Origin: an uncultured Solirubrobacterales bacterium
GTDB lineage: Bacteria > Actinomycetota > Thermoleophilia > Solirubrobacterales > 70-9
Reading direction: 5' to 3'
Length of the DNA stretch: 64,000 bases
Assembly: GCA_963700785.1 (NCBI GenBank)
Contig: CAVOYZ010000010.1
Coordinates: forward strand, 14,870 to 78,869
The translations under genes and the position numbers were made by a program. Of this stretch, positions 29,660 through 39,233 are shown in pieces; positions within the stretch are counted from its first letter, which is position 1; the number at the start of each line of letters is the position of its first letter. Under the pieces are notes generated by a model that made no database searches, had not been told where the DNA came from, and was given only the letters and a program-made list of their open reading frames with translations.

Positions 29660-31220
29660 TGAGTCACCGCGATGCGCACGAGGAGCTGATCGCCGATCTC
29701 GAGCGGCGCCTGACCCGCGCTCGCGCCGGCGGCGGCCCGAGCGCAATGGAGCGGCACGTCGGCCGCGGCAAGCTTCCGGCCCGCGATCGGGTCGAGCTGC
29801 TCTGCGATCCGGGCGCCCCGTTTCTCGAGCTCTCGCCGCTCGCGGCCGAGGAGATGTACGGGGGTGATGCGCCCGGCGCCGGGATCGTCACCGGGGTCGG
29901 CTCGTCGAGGGCCGGCGCTGCGCGATCGTTGCCAACGACGCGACCGTGAAGGGCGGCACCTACTACCCGATCACGGTCAAGAAGCACCTGCGCGCTCAGG
30001 AGGTCGCGCTCGACAACAACCTCCCCTGCGTCTACCTGGTCGACTCGGGGGGCGCCTTCCTGCCGATGCAGGACGAGGTCTTTCCCGATCGCGAGCACTT
30101 CGGGCGGATCTTCTTCAACCAGGCGACGATGTCGAAGCGCGGCATCCCGCAGATCAGCGCGGTGATGGGGTCCTGCACGGCCGGTGGTGCATACGTGCCG
30201 GCGATGAGCGACGAGACCGTGATCGTCCGCGGGCAGGGAACGATCTTCCTCGGCGGCCCGCCGCTGGTCAAGGCGGCCACCGGCGAGGAGGTGAGCGCCG
30301 AGGATCTGGGTGGAGGTGACGTGCACGCCCGTCGCTCCGGCGTCGTCGATCACCTCGCCGACGACGATCAGCACGCGCTCGAGATCGTCCGCTCGATCAT
30401 CGCGACCCTTCCTCCCCAGCAGTCTGCCCCCTGGGAGCGACGCGAGTCTCGGCCCCCGGCTGCGGACCCGGACGGACTGCTCGATCTGGTCCCGCTCGAT
30501 CCCCGCACGCCCTTCGCGGTCCACGAGGTGCTCCGCCGGATCGTCGACGGCTCCGAGCTGGACGAGTTCAAGGAGCTCTACGGGACCACCGTCGTCTGCG
30601 CGTTCGCCCACATCGACGGCCACCGGGTCGGGGTGATCGCCAACAACGGCATCCTCTTCAGCGAGTCGGCGCTGAAGGCCGCGCACTTCATCGAGCTCTG
30701 CGATCGCCGCGGCATTCCGATCGTCTTCGTCCAGAACATCAGCGGCTTCATGGTCGGCAGGGACTACGAGGCGGGCGGAATCGCGAAGGACGGTGCGAAG
30801 TTGGTCACCGCCGTCTCCTGTGCCCGGGTCCCGAAGCTGACCGTGATCATCGGCGGCTCCTACGGGGCCGGGAACTACGGGATGTGCGGGCGGGCCTACT
30901 CGCCGCGCTTTCTGTTCATCTGGCCGAACGCGAGGATCAGCGTGATGGGCGGCGAGCAGGCGGCCACCGTGCTGAGCACGATCCGCCGCGAGCGGGCCGA
31001 GGCGGCCGGGGACGAGTGGCCCCCTGAGCAGGAGGAGGATTTCAAGCGTCGCCTCCGCGACCAGTTCGAGCATCAGGGCAACCCGATCTACTCGACGGCG
31101 CGGCTCTGGGACGACGGCGTGATCGACCCGCGCCAGACGCGAGATGTCCTCGCAAAGGCCCTCGCGGCCTGCGCCCCGGCGCCGCTCGCCGAGCTCGGCT
31201 ACGGAGTGTTCAGAATGTAG
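29659..31220 (+). CDS. Acyl-CoA carboxylase carboxyltransferase (beta) subunit, 3-methylcrotonyl-CoA carboxylase-beta-like; frame disrupted near 29900
   Basis: ORF 29659-29949 (..[34 protein letters not shown]) continues in ORF 29946-31220. That frame read upstream gives [60 protein letters not shown] one-base deletion in ggcc fits. Confidence 0.88.
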
Positions 31221-31222
31221 TC

Positions 31223-31660
31223 ATGGCCGCCCGTCCCCAATACCGGCTGCTGCCGGCGGGCGAGGCCCACTGGCGCGAGTCGAACCAGATGAAGGTGCTG
31301 AACACCGACCTTGCGAAGCAGCTCGAGGCGACGGCGGTGGGCGCGAGGCTCTGGCGGCTGCGTCCCGGCGAGGCGTCGACCCGGCACCGGCACGGCACCC
31401 AGGAGGAGCTGTACCTGCTGCTCGAGGGCCGGGGACGGGCCCGCGTCGGCGACGAGCTGCTGACGCTCGAGCCGCTGGATTCGCTGCTGGTCGATCCGCC
31501 GCTGGTCCGCCAGATCTTCAACGACACCGATCAGGACGCGCTCTGGCTCGTCGTCGGCGCCCCGCCTGAGCCCGCGAACACGCTCGAGATGAGCGCGGCG
31601 CAGCTCGCCGAGCTCTACCCGGACGGCCCGCAGGCGCTGCCGCCTGAGCTCGGCGGATGA
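31223..31660 (+). CDS. Cupin-domain protein
   Basis: 145 aa, G.A..RH.H...[18 protein letters not shown] pattern typical of small cupins. Confidence 0.7.
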   Translation: MAARPQYRLLPAGEAHWRESNQMKVLNTDLAKQLEATAVGARLWRLRPGEASTRHRHGTQEELYLLLEGRGRARVGDELLTLEPLDSLLVDPPLVRQIFNDTDQDALWLVVGAPPEPANTLEMSAAQLAELYPDGPQALPPELGG

Positions 31661-31682
31661 GCCCGGCCGGGCCGCGTGCCGA

Positions 31683-31688
31683 TACGGT
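31683..31688 (+). promoter_or_regulatory. -10-like hexamer TACGGT 6 nt upstream of the zwf ATG (leaderless-type arrangement)
   Basis: gatacggtgagctgATG; no SD sequence. Confidence 0.35.
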
Positions 31689-31694
31689 GAGCTG

Positions 31695-33086
31695 ATGGCC
31701 GAGACGGCAAATGAGCTGGTGATCTTCGGGATCACCGGCGATCTCGCCCGCAGGAAGACGTTTGCGGCGCTCTACCACCTCGAGGCGCGCCGCGACATAC
31801 CCTGCCGGATCATCGGCGTCGGCCGCCGCGAGTGGAGCGACTCCGATCTCCGCGAGCAGGCGGCCCGGGCGATCTCGGAGACGGTCGAGGCGCCGGACGC
31901 CGAGACGGTCGACCGGCTGCTCGGCCGGCTCAGCTACCTGGCGGGCGGCTACGACGAGGACGACACCTACGCGCGGATCAGCGAACGCGTCAACGGCGAG
32001 TACAGGCTCTTCTACCTCGAGACGCCACCGTCGCTGTTCGCGCCCATCGTCCACCGGCTCGCCGCCGCCGGTCTCGTCGAGGACTCCCGGGTCGTCGTCG
32101 AGAAGCCGTTCGGCCACGACCTCGCCTCGGCCCGCGAGCTGAACCGCAGCCTGCGCGACGTCCTCGCTGAGGACCAGATCCTGCGGCTCGATCACTTCCT
32201 GGGCAAGGAGCCGGTGATGGACATCCTCTACCTGCGGTTCGCGAACGCGATCCTCGAGCCGGTCTGGAATCGCCGCTACGTCGACTCGGTCCAGATCACG
32301 ATGGCCGAGGCGTTCGGGGTCGAGGGCCGCGGTTTCTTCTTCGATCCCGTCGGGGCGCTGCGCGACGTGGTCCAGAACCACCTGCTGCAGGTGCTCTCGC
32401 TGGTTGCGATGGAACCTCCGTCAGCCGGGCCCGACGACCTCGACGCGATCCGCTCGCGCAAGACGGACCTGTTCCGGGCGATGCCTGCGGCCGACCCGAG
32501 CCGTTACGTGCGCGGTCAGTACCGCGGCTACCGCGAGATCGAGGGCGTCGCCGCCGATTCGCAGACCGAGACCTTCGCCGCCCTGCAGCTCGGGATCGAC
32601 AACTGGCGCTGGGAGGGAGTGCCGTTCTTCATCCGCGCCGGCAAGCAGCTGCCGGTCGATGCGACCGAGGTGCGGATCGTCTTTCAGCGACCCCCTCGGC
32701 TCGGGATCGGCGGGCGGACTGTCCCGGACGCAAACGAGCTGATCATCCGCATGAAGCCGGATCCGGGCGCGGAGCTCTGCCTGATCGCGAAACGGGCCGG
32801 GGAGGAGGCGATGCACCGCGTTCATCTCGATCTGTTCTTCGAGGAGCAGGTCGGGGAGCAGCCCGAGCCTTACGAGCGACTGCTGCGCGACGCGATCCAC
32901 GGCGATTTCGAGCTGTTCCCGGGCCAGGACTCGGTCGAGCAGACTTGGCGCATCGTCCAGCCTCTGCTCGACGTCGATCTCGCTCCCGAGCCCTATGACT
33001 CGGGAACATGGGGGCCGAGCGCCGCCGAGCACCTGTTGGCGGGTCATGGCGGCTGGCGCCGGCCATGGGTGGGGGGCAGGCCCTGA
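31695..33086 (+). CDS. zwf: Glucose-6-phosphate 1-dehydrogenase
   Basis: 463 aa, [27 protein letters not shown] signature. Confidence 0.95.
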   Translation: MAETANELVIFGITGDLARRKTFAALYHLEARRDIPCRIIGVGRREWSDSDLREQAARAISETVEAPDAETVDRLLGRLSYLAGGYDEDDTYARISERVNGEYRLFYLETPPSLFAPIVHRLAAAGLVEDSRVVVEKPFGHDLASARELNRSLRDVLAEDQILRLDHFLGKEPVMDILYLRFANAILEPVWNRRYVDSVQITMAEAFGVEGRGFFFDPVGALRDVVQNHLLQVLSLVAMEPPSAGPDDLDAIRSRKTDLFRAMPAADPSRYVRGQYRGYREIEGVAADSQTETFAALQLGIDNWRWEGVPFFIRAGKQLPVDATEVRIVFQRPPRLGIGGRTVPDANELIIRMKPDPGAELCLIAKRAGEEAMHRVHLDLFFEEQVGEQPEPYERLLRDAIHGDFELFPGQDSVEQTWRIVQPLLDVDLAPEPYDSGTWGPSAAEHLLAGHGGWRRPWVGGRP

Positions 33087-33096
33087 GCGGTCGCGA

Positions 33097-34443
33097 TCAG
33101 GGCCGGTAGCGAGCGATCTCGATCGTCATCTGATCCTGAATCTTGCGGGCCGCCTCGTAGCTGTAGACGCCGTTCATCAGCAGCGAGAAGGCGACCCGCC
33201 CGCGTCCTGACCGGCAGTAGCCGGACAGTGCGGAGACGCCGGTGATCGTGCCGGTCTTCGCCCGGCAGCGGCCGGCGGCGGCGGTTCCCTCCATGCGCTC
33301 GTCGAGGGTTCCCTCCTTGCCGGCCCTGGGCAGCGAGCCGTAGAAGGCGCGCCCGGCACGATGATCGAGCATCGTGGCGAGCAGGCGGACGACGCTGCGC
33401 GGCGCGGCGCGGTTGTTGTCGCTCAGGCCCGAGCCGTCGAGCTGGTCGATCTTCGCCCCCAGGCTTCGGGCGAAGCGCTCCGACGCCTTGGCGCCCCCGC
33501 GGGTCGTGCCGCGCCGATCCCCCGTCGCCCAGAGCCGCTTCAGGAGCATCTCGGCGTAGAAGTTGTTCGAGGGCTTGTTGGTGGCCTCGGCGATCGCCGC
33601 GATCGTCGGCGAGGCGACGCTCGCCAGGGGCCTGCGGCCGGCCGCCTTGCGCGGCGTCTTGCCGACCCTGACCCCACCGGTGACCTTGACGCCGCGCTTC
33701 TTCAGGGCGCTCTTCAGCGCGGCGGCGGCCTCCTTTGCCGGATCGATCGAGTAGGTCGAGCCGCCGTAGACGAGCCCGGAGAGCGGCGCGATGTAGGGGC
33801 TCGGCCCGAAGCCCGAGTCGGGGACCCCGCGCCTGCGGTCGAAGACGCTGTCGTCGGCCACGATTCGCCCCTTGACGCGGCGAATTCCAGCCCGCTCGAC
33901 CCCGGTCGCCAGTTCGCGCATCTCGCCCTTGCCGAGCGTCGGATCGCCGCCCCCGACGAGGAACAGGTCGCCCTCGAGCCGGCCGTTGCCGTTGCGCCTG
34001 CCCCGCGCCAGGAGCGCGGTCTCGATCCGCCCGTCGGCGCCCAGCCTGTCGAGCGCCGCGGCGGTCGTGAACAGCTTCGTGTTCGAGGCGAGCTTGCGCC
34101 GCTTGCCCTCCTTGCGGTCGAAGAGCACGCGGCGATTGCGGGCGTCGGTGTCGTACACGTAGAAGCCGCTCGAGCCGGGCGCCTTGCGGGCCAGGCGCTT
34201 GAGGCTGCGACGAAGCTGGGAGCGGTTGATGCTGCCGCTGGCTGTCGCCCGGGCGAGCCCCGGGCTCGACCTCTGGGCGATGTCGGGGCCCGGCAGCAGC
34301 GCCCCGCCCGCTACCCCGCCCGTGTCCGGCGCGGAGGGCGATGCGTGCGCCGCCACCGGCACCGCCAGGGCCAGCGCCAGCGCGATCAGTCCCACCTGGA
34401 TCCGCATCGCGACGATGGTAGAGACTGGGCAGGTTTGGTCCAA
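33097..34443 (-). CDS. dacB: D-alanyl-D-alanine carboxypeptidase/endopeptidase, PBP4 (S13) family
   Basis: 448 aa, signal peptide (alternative start MRIQVGLIALALALA at 34407), SxxK motif ASNTKLFT, GDPTLG, KTGT. Confidence 0.85.
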   Translation of the reverse strand: MDQTCPVSTIVAMRIQVGLIALALALAVPVAAHASPSAPDTGGVAGGALLPGPDIAQRSSPGLARATASGSINRSQLRRSLKRLARKAPGSSGFYVYDTDARNRRVLFDRKEGKRRKLASNTKLFTTAAALDRLGADGRIETALLARGRRNGNGRLEGDLFLVGGGDPTLGKGEMRELATGVERAGIRRVKGRIVADDSVFDRRRGVPDSGFGPSPYIAPLSGLVYGGSTYSIDPAKEAAAALKSALKKRGVKVTGGVRVGKTPRKAAGRRPLASVASPTIAAIAEATNKPSNNFYAEMLLKRLWATGDRRGTTRGGAKASERFARSLGAKIDQLDGSGLSDNNRAAPRSVVRLLATMLDHRAGRAFYGSLPRAGKEGTLDERMEGTAAAGRCRAKTGTITGVSALSGYCRSGRGRVAFSLLMNGVYSYEAARKIQDQMTIEIARYRP

Positions 34444-34499
34444 GCAGGGCCGGCGGTGGACCGAGCCATCGGCGCAATGCCGCGTGGAAAGCCCCGCCC

Positions 34500-35135
34500 T
34501 CAGCCGCCGAGTTCGGTGACCCGGACCCCGGTCTCGGCGCGAACCCGACCGGCCAGGCTCTCAGCGTCGCTCCAGTCCAGCTCGTCCCCGGGGACCAGCA
34601 GGACCTCATCCGCCGGGAACTCCCGTAGCCCGTCGAGCAGGCAGCGCATCGGTTCAGCCTCCTCGTCGACCTGGCCGGACGCGGCGACACCCGTGGCGGA
34701 GAGTCTCTTGACTGCCGCGCTGATCCGCTCGCGTGCGCGCGTAGTCTCGACGTCGACATCGTCGGAGATCCTCCGTGCGGGCGACGATGCGGGCGCGGGC
34801 GCGATCAGCTTGAGCTCGAGCGGTCCCTGTTTGGCCCGAAGCGCGACCTCACTGTCGAGCGCTGGATTCCCCAGACCCTGGTTGGCGATCACGAGGACCT
34901 GCTGTGCGGTCTCCGCGGACGGCGGGGCGATGTCGCTGATGTCGGCAGGGCCGCGGCTCGTCAGGGAGATGAGGTAGAAGCTCAGCGCCACGATCGCCGC
35001 GCCGAACAGGATCCCGGCGATCGGGCCGGCGACCAGGAAGATCACGAGTGCCAAGCCGACGATGACGACAACGGCGATCGTGGCGTAGACGCCGATCAGG
35101 TCGCTCTGCATCCACTGTCGAAGGCGCTCGCCCAC
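34500..35135 (-). CDS. Hypothetical membrane-anchored protein (two N-terminal TM helices + soluble alpha/beta-like domain)
   Basis: 211 aa; the hydrophobic N-terminus and coding-like composition are the only evidence. Confidence 0.5.
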   Translation of the reverse strand: MGERLRQWMQSDLIGVYATIAVVVIVGLALVIFLVAGPIAGILFGAAIVALSFYLISLTSRGPADISDIAPPSAETAQQVLVIANQGLGNPALDSEVALRAKQGPLELKLIAPAPASSPARRISDDVDVETTRARERISAAVKRLSATGVAASGQVDEEAEPMRCLLDGLREFPADEVLLVPGDELDWSDAESLAGRVRAETGVRVTELGG

Positions 35136-35253
35136 CGCACTCGACTCTATCTCACGTCGGGTCGCTCGCGGCCCATCGTCACGTGAAACGTAGGGCCACG
35201 ACGATTCGACGTGGTGTCAAGTCGGCTGGCCAGCCTGCTAGTTTGGGTGGGCT

Positions 35254-36507
35254 GTGAGCGAGGTCGTAAAGCTCGATCCGGCCGCCCGTCGCGCGGCGGG
35301 GTCGCGCCGGAAGAGGCAGTCGAAAACTGCTCTCGTGCTCGGCGGTGGCGGGTTCACCGGCGCCGTCTACGAGATCGGCGCCTTGCGCGCCTTCGACCTG
35401 TTGGCCGTCAACCGGACCGTCAACGAGTTCGACGTCTACGTCGGCACCAGCGCCGGGTCCTTCGTCGCGGCGGCGGTCGCCAACGGCGTTACCCCGGAGG
35501 AGATGATGCGGGTCCTGAACAAGAACCTGCCCTCGCCGCTCCGCGACATGGATCTCAACATGCTGCTGCGACCGAACTACCGGGGCTTCGTCGAATCGGC
35601 TGCGCTGCTGCCCTTCCGGCTGCTCGGCGTTGCCCGGCAGGTCGCCTCGACGATCGGTGACGTCTCGGTGATGGACGTCGCTCAGGGTCTGGCCGCCGGA
35701 CTGCCGAAAGGGCTCTACCGGGGGAACGGGATCGAGGACTACGTGGCCGAGATGCTCGCCGATCCGGACCGGACCGACGACTTCCGGATGCTCGAGCGCG
35801 AGCTGTACCTGACGGCGACCGACCTCGACACCACCGATCGGGTGGTGCTCGGCGACGGCGAGTGGCGCGACATCCCGATCTCGCTCGCGGTTGCGGCCTC
35901 GACGGCGTTGCCGCTGGTCTATGAGCCGGTCGAGATCAAGGGCAGGGAGATGGTCGACGGCGGCATCCGCTCGACGACCAACGTCGACATCGCCGTCGAG
36001 AACGGGGCCAAGTTCATCGTCGTCGTCAATCCGATCGTCCCCTTCGTCAATGACTTCGGCAAGCGGGTCCCGACGATCCTCGGCTCGCGCGTGCGGCGCG
36101 TCTCCGACATGGGCTTCGTCGCGATCGCCAACCAGGCGCTGCGGATGATCGCCCACGACCGCCTGCACCGCGCCGTCCAGGAGTGGGAGATCCGCTACCC
36201 CGGAGTCGACATCCTGCTGATCGAGCCGGAGTTCGACGACGAGCTGATGTTCGGGACCTCGATCATGGATTACGCGGCCCGCCTGCAGATCGCCAAGCAC
36301 GGCTTCGAGTCCGTCACCCTGCGCCTCGCCCGCGAGTACGAGCGCTACAAGGCGATCGCCGAGCGCCACGGGATCGAGATCTCGGCACGCCGGATCCGGC
36401 ACGTGCTCGACCAGGTTGAGCGCGAGCGCGACCAGGCCCCCGCCTGGCGCCGCGTCTTCGAGCAGACGACCAGCGCCCTGATGGGTCAGGGCAACGACGC
36501 CGGCTAG
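35254..36507 (+). CDS. Patatin-like phospholipase
   Basis: 417 aa, oxyanion GGGGFTG and nucleophile elbow GTSAGS, DGG near the C-terminal part of the catalytic domain. Confidence 0.85.
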   Translation: MSEVVKLDPAARRAAGSRRKRQSKTALVLGGGGFTGAVYEIGALRAFDLLAVNRTVNEFDVYVGTSAGSFVAAAVANGVTPEEMMRVLNKNLPSPLRDMDLNMLLRPNYRGFVESAALLPFRLLGVARQVASTIGDVSVMDVAQGLAAGLPKGLYRGNGIEDYVAEMLADPDRTDDFRMLERELYLTATDLDTTDRVVLGDGEWRDIPISLAVAASTALPLVYEPVEIKGREMVDGGIRSTTNVDIAVENGAKFIVVVNPIVPFVNDFGKRVPTILGSRVRRVSDMGFVAIANQALRMIAHDRLHRAVQEWEIRYPGVDILLIEPEFDDELMFGTSIMDYAARLQIAKHGFESVTLRLAREYERYKAIAERHGIEISARRIRHVLDQVERERDQAPAWRRVFEQTTSALMGQGNDAG

Positions 36508-37007
36508 GCGCTGACGACGATCGTCAGCTTCATCACCGTTCGGTGCACGGAGCAGACGAACCTGTAGGTGCCGGGCCGCTTCAGCCTGCGGCTGAACCTG
36601 AGGCCGATCGAGCCGGTTCCCGACTTGAAGTTTCGCTTGCGGACCTTCGGCGGCGCCTTGCGGAGAGTCACGTCGTGGACGTGCAGGTTCCCCGGCAGCC
36701 AGCGCCACTTGACCCTCGCGCAGCGCTCGACCGCGACCCGCCGCGGCGCGAAGAAGTCGTCACCGATCCGCACCCGGACGATTTCGTTTGATGTGCACTT
36801 GTGCTGGCCCGCCGCCCGCGGCGCGATCGAGCCGTCGCCGTCGCTGCCGATCGGGGCCACCGCGAACAGCGCGGTCGTCCCGATCAGGGTCGCGAGCGCG
36901 ACCCTGAGCCGTCTCCCTCGTCTCACCCGGAATCCGATTCCCCGCTCCCACATCCTGCCGTCGACGGGCATGTTGTCCTTTGTCAGCGAGATCCAGGGCT
37001 CGCTCAT
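36504..37007 (-). CDS. Secreted cupredoxin-like (type-1 copper) protein, Arg-rich paralog
   Basis: 167 aa. DDFFAP...VKWRWLPGNLHVHDVTL...GTYRFVCSVHRTVM gives His...Cys-x2-His-x3-Met ligand spacing. Start overlaps the stop of the upstream gene by 4 nt. Confidence 0.75.
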   Translation of the reverse strand: MSEPWISLTKDNMPVDGRMWERGIGFRVRRGRRLRVALATLIGTTALFAVAPIGSDGDGSIAPRAAGQHKCTSNEIVRVRIGDDFFAPRRVAVERCARVKWRWLPGNLHVHDVTLRKAPPKVRKRNFKSGTGSIGLRFSRRLKRPGTYRFVCSVHRTVMKLTIVVSA

Positions 37008-37744
37008 CGGGCGCGGTTCTTGGCGCGAGCGATCCGGAAGCGCAGCTTGAACGGGCGGGTCGCGTTAGCGGACCTGTCGATCGCCCTGACCTTGGCCAGG
37101 TAGCGGCCCGTGCGGGCCGGGAAGTTCGTTCGCTTGATCCCGAACCGGAGCCCGTTGGCGCCGATGTGGCCGCCCTTGTAGCGTGCGTATCCGGCGAAGC
37201 GCCGGCCGCCCCCGCGCTTGTCCCGCAGGTACTCGATCTCGATCCGGGCCCGCTCATTGATCGAGTACTTCATCGAGGTCCCCTTACGGCGAACGGTGCT
37301 GCTCCCGAGGCGGAGGTCGCGGAGGTTCGGGGGCTCGAGGTCCACCTGGCTGCGGGGGATCGGGTCCGGTTCGGTCACCGGGTCGCCGGGGGTCGACGAG
37401 ACGGTCACCGTGCCTCTGACGGTCGAGTGCAGCTTGCAGCGGAAGCTGTAGACCCCGGGCTCGTCGAAGTCGAGCCTGAAGCTGTCGCCGATCCTGTGCT
37501 GCGGCTGGTTGGTCTGCGGATCGGAGTCGAGCCCCGCCGAATCGGGCGAGTCACCGGTGATCGAGTGCATCGTGTCGGGCCCGATCCAGTACCAGCTGAC
37601 GTGCTCGCCGCGGTCGATCGCAAAGTCCATGTCCGACCAGGCGTAGTTGCTGATCGAGATCCGCCGGTTCTCGGCGGAGGCCGCCGCCGGCACCAGCAGC
37701 GCCCCGACCGCAAGCACGGGAAGCAGGCGCAGCAGCCGGCTCAC
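37004..37744 (-). CDS. Secreted cupredoxin-like domain + Ig-like C-terminal domain protein
   Basis: 246 aa, signal peptide MSRLLRLLPVLAVGALLVPAAASA. GEHVSWYWIGPDTMHSITG...GVYSFRCKLHSTVRGTVTV has Cys-x2-His but Arg where the paralogs have the axial Met. C-terminal ...GRYLAKVRAIDRSANATRPFKLRF. Confidence 0.65.
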   Translation of the reverse strand: MSRLLRLLPVLAVGALLVPAAASAENRRISISNYAWSDMDFAIDRGEHVSWYWIGPDTMHSITGDSPDSAGLDSDPQTNQPQHRIGDSFRLDFDEPGVYSFRCKLHSTVRGTVTVSSTPGDPVTEPDPIPRSQVDLEPPNLRDLRLGSSTVRRKGTSMKYSINERARIEIEYLRDKRGGGRRFAGYARYKGGHIGANGLRFGIKRTNFPARTGRYLAKVRAIDRSANATRPFKLRFRIARAKNRAR

Positions 37745-38787
37745 TCGACGATGTACCAGCCGGTCATCCCCTGGTGGAGATGGCTGAACACGTGGCAGTG
37801 GTAGAGCCAGCGACCGGGGTTGTCCTCGACGTACTCGGCGCTGATCGTGTCGCCGGGTCCGAGGGTGACGTTGTCGACCATCTTGCCGCGGTCGTTCCAG
37901 CGGCGCCCGTGGATGTGGAAGGTGTGGAACTCATTGTCGATGCCGTAGACGTGCCAGGCGACGCGCTCGCCGACGCGGGCCCGGTAGTTCTCCGTGTTGC
38001 CCGTGTAGGCACGGCCGTTCATGCACCAGAACGCCTGGTTGAGGCCGGTGGCGACCGGCTGGAACGAGTGGAAGGCGACGAAGAACTCCTTGTCCGGCGG
38101 GGTCGCGCCCTTCTCGCGGATGATGATCGGCCCGAACAGGCCCTTGTAGACGGGCACCGGGTCGAGCGGCCCGTGGTCGTGGTAGAACCAGGCGCCGACC
38201 GTCTCCGGGGTCGCCTCCCAGACGTACTGATAGGTCTCGCCCTGCTGGACGAAACCGCCGGGGTCGGTGTACTTGCCCTTGTAGGCCCCGTCCATCTCGA
38301 TCGAGTACTGGACGCCGTGCGGGTGGATCGTGACCGGCGAGCTCAGCGTGTTCTGGAAGTTGACGACGATCGTGTCGCCGACCTCCGCCTCGATCAGCGG
38401 GCCCGGGATCTTCGCCTTGCCGATCGGGCTCGCGAAGCCCGGGGTGTAGGCGCGGTATCCGAACGCCGTGAACTTGGTCTTGCCCTTGACCTTCTTGCCG
38501 AGCATCTGATCGCGGCCCTTGGGAACGATGTTCCAGCGCCGCTGCTCGGCCTTGATCCAGTACTCGCGCCGCTTGCCGCCGGACGCGGTGAACACCGCCG
38601 GCGCCGCGGACGCGGCGCCTGAGGCGCTCGCGGCCCGCACCTTGGGCGGGACCTCGATCTCCCGCGCCAACTCCTCGACGTCCGCCTCCCGGTCGTTGCG
38701 GATCTGCTGACCGCCGAGCGTGCAGAGCAGCAGGCCGCCGCCGCCCGCCGCGAGGAACTGACGTCGATCTACCGGGGGCCCGGCCAT
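37741..38787 (-). CDS. Two-domain multicopper oxidase (small-laccase type), TAT-exported
   Basis: 348 aa, twin-arginine signal DRRQFLAAGG. All four MCO copper motifs are present: HPHG, WFYHDHG, HTFHIHG, HCHVFSHLHQGM. Confidence 0.9.
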   Translation of the reverse strand: MAGPPVDRRQFLAAGGGGLLLCTLGGQQIRNDREADVEELAREIEVPPKVRAASASGAASAAPAVFTASGGKRREYWIKAEQRRWNIVPKGRDQMLGKKVKGKTKFTAFGYRAYTPGFASPIGKAKIPGPLIEAEVGDTIVVNFQNTLSSPVTIHPHGVQYSIEMDGAYKGKYTDPGGFVQQGETYQYVWEATPETVGAWFYHDHGPLDPVPVYKGLFGPIIIREKGATPPDKEFFVAFHSFQPVATGLNQAFWCMNGRAYTGNTENYRARVGERVAWHVYGIDNEFHTFHIHGRRWNDRGKMVDNVTLGPGDTISAEYVEDNPGRWLYHCHVFSHLHQGMTGWYIVE

Positions 38788-38791
38788 CGGC

Positions 38792-39211
38792 CTACTTCTT
38801 GACCGTGATCGTCTGCGTCATCGTGGTCCGGTGGATCGTGCAGACGAACTTGTACTTGCCGGTCTTCTCCAGCTTGCGGTTGAACTTGATCCCGATCGAG
38901 CCGGTGGCCGACTTGAAGTCCTTCTTCTTGACCTTCTTCGGACCGCTGGTCAGCGTCACGTTGTGCGGGTTCAGGTTCTCGGGAAGCCAGTTCCACTTCA
39001 CCTTCGTGCACTTCTTGACGCTCGTCTTCGCGGGTGCGAAGAAGTCGTCGGCGACGTCGATCTTCTTTTTCTTCTTCGACTTCTTGCACTTGCTCTTGCC
39101 GGCGATGTCGGCCGTCGGACCGGGGGCGGCGCTGCCAACCGGGGCGACCACGACCATCGCGAGCGCCGCGACCAGGGCCACAAGCACCCCGCGTGTTGCT
39201 GTCTTGCTCAT
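38792..39211 (-). CDS. Secreted cupredoxin-like (type-1 copper) protein, Lys-rich paralog
   Basis: 139 aa. Collinear with 36504-37007: DDFFAP..VKKCTKVKWNWLPENLNPHNVTL..FKSATGSIGIKF..GKYKFVCTIHRTTM. By my count 28 Lys / 3 Arg, versus 9 Lys / 25 Arg in the paralog. Confidence 0.75.
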   Translation of the reverse strand: MSKTATRGVLVALVAALAMVVVAPVGSAAPGPTADIAGKSKCKKSKKKKKIDVADDFFAPAKTSVKKCTKVKWNWLPENLNPHNVTLTSGPKKVKKKDFKSATGSIGIKFNRKLEKTGKYKFVCTIHRTTMTQTITVKK

Positions 39212-39233
39212 AGCTGCTTTCTCCTTGTTCTGA

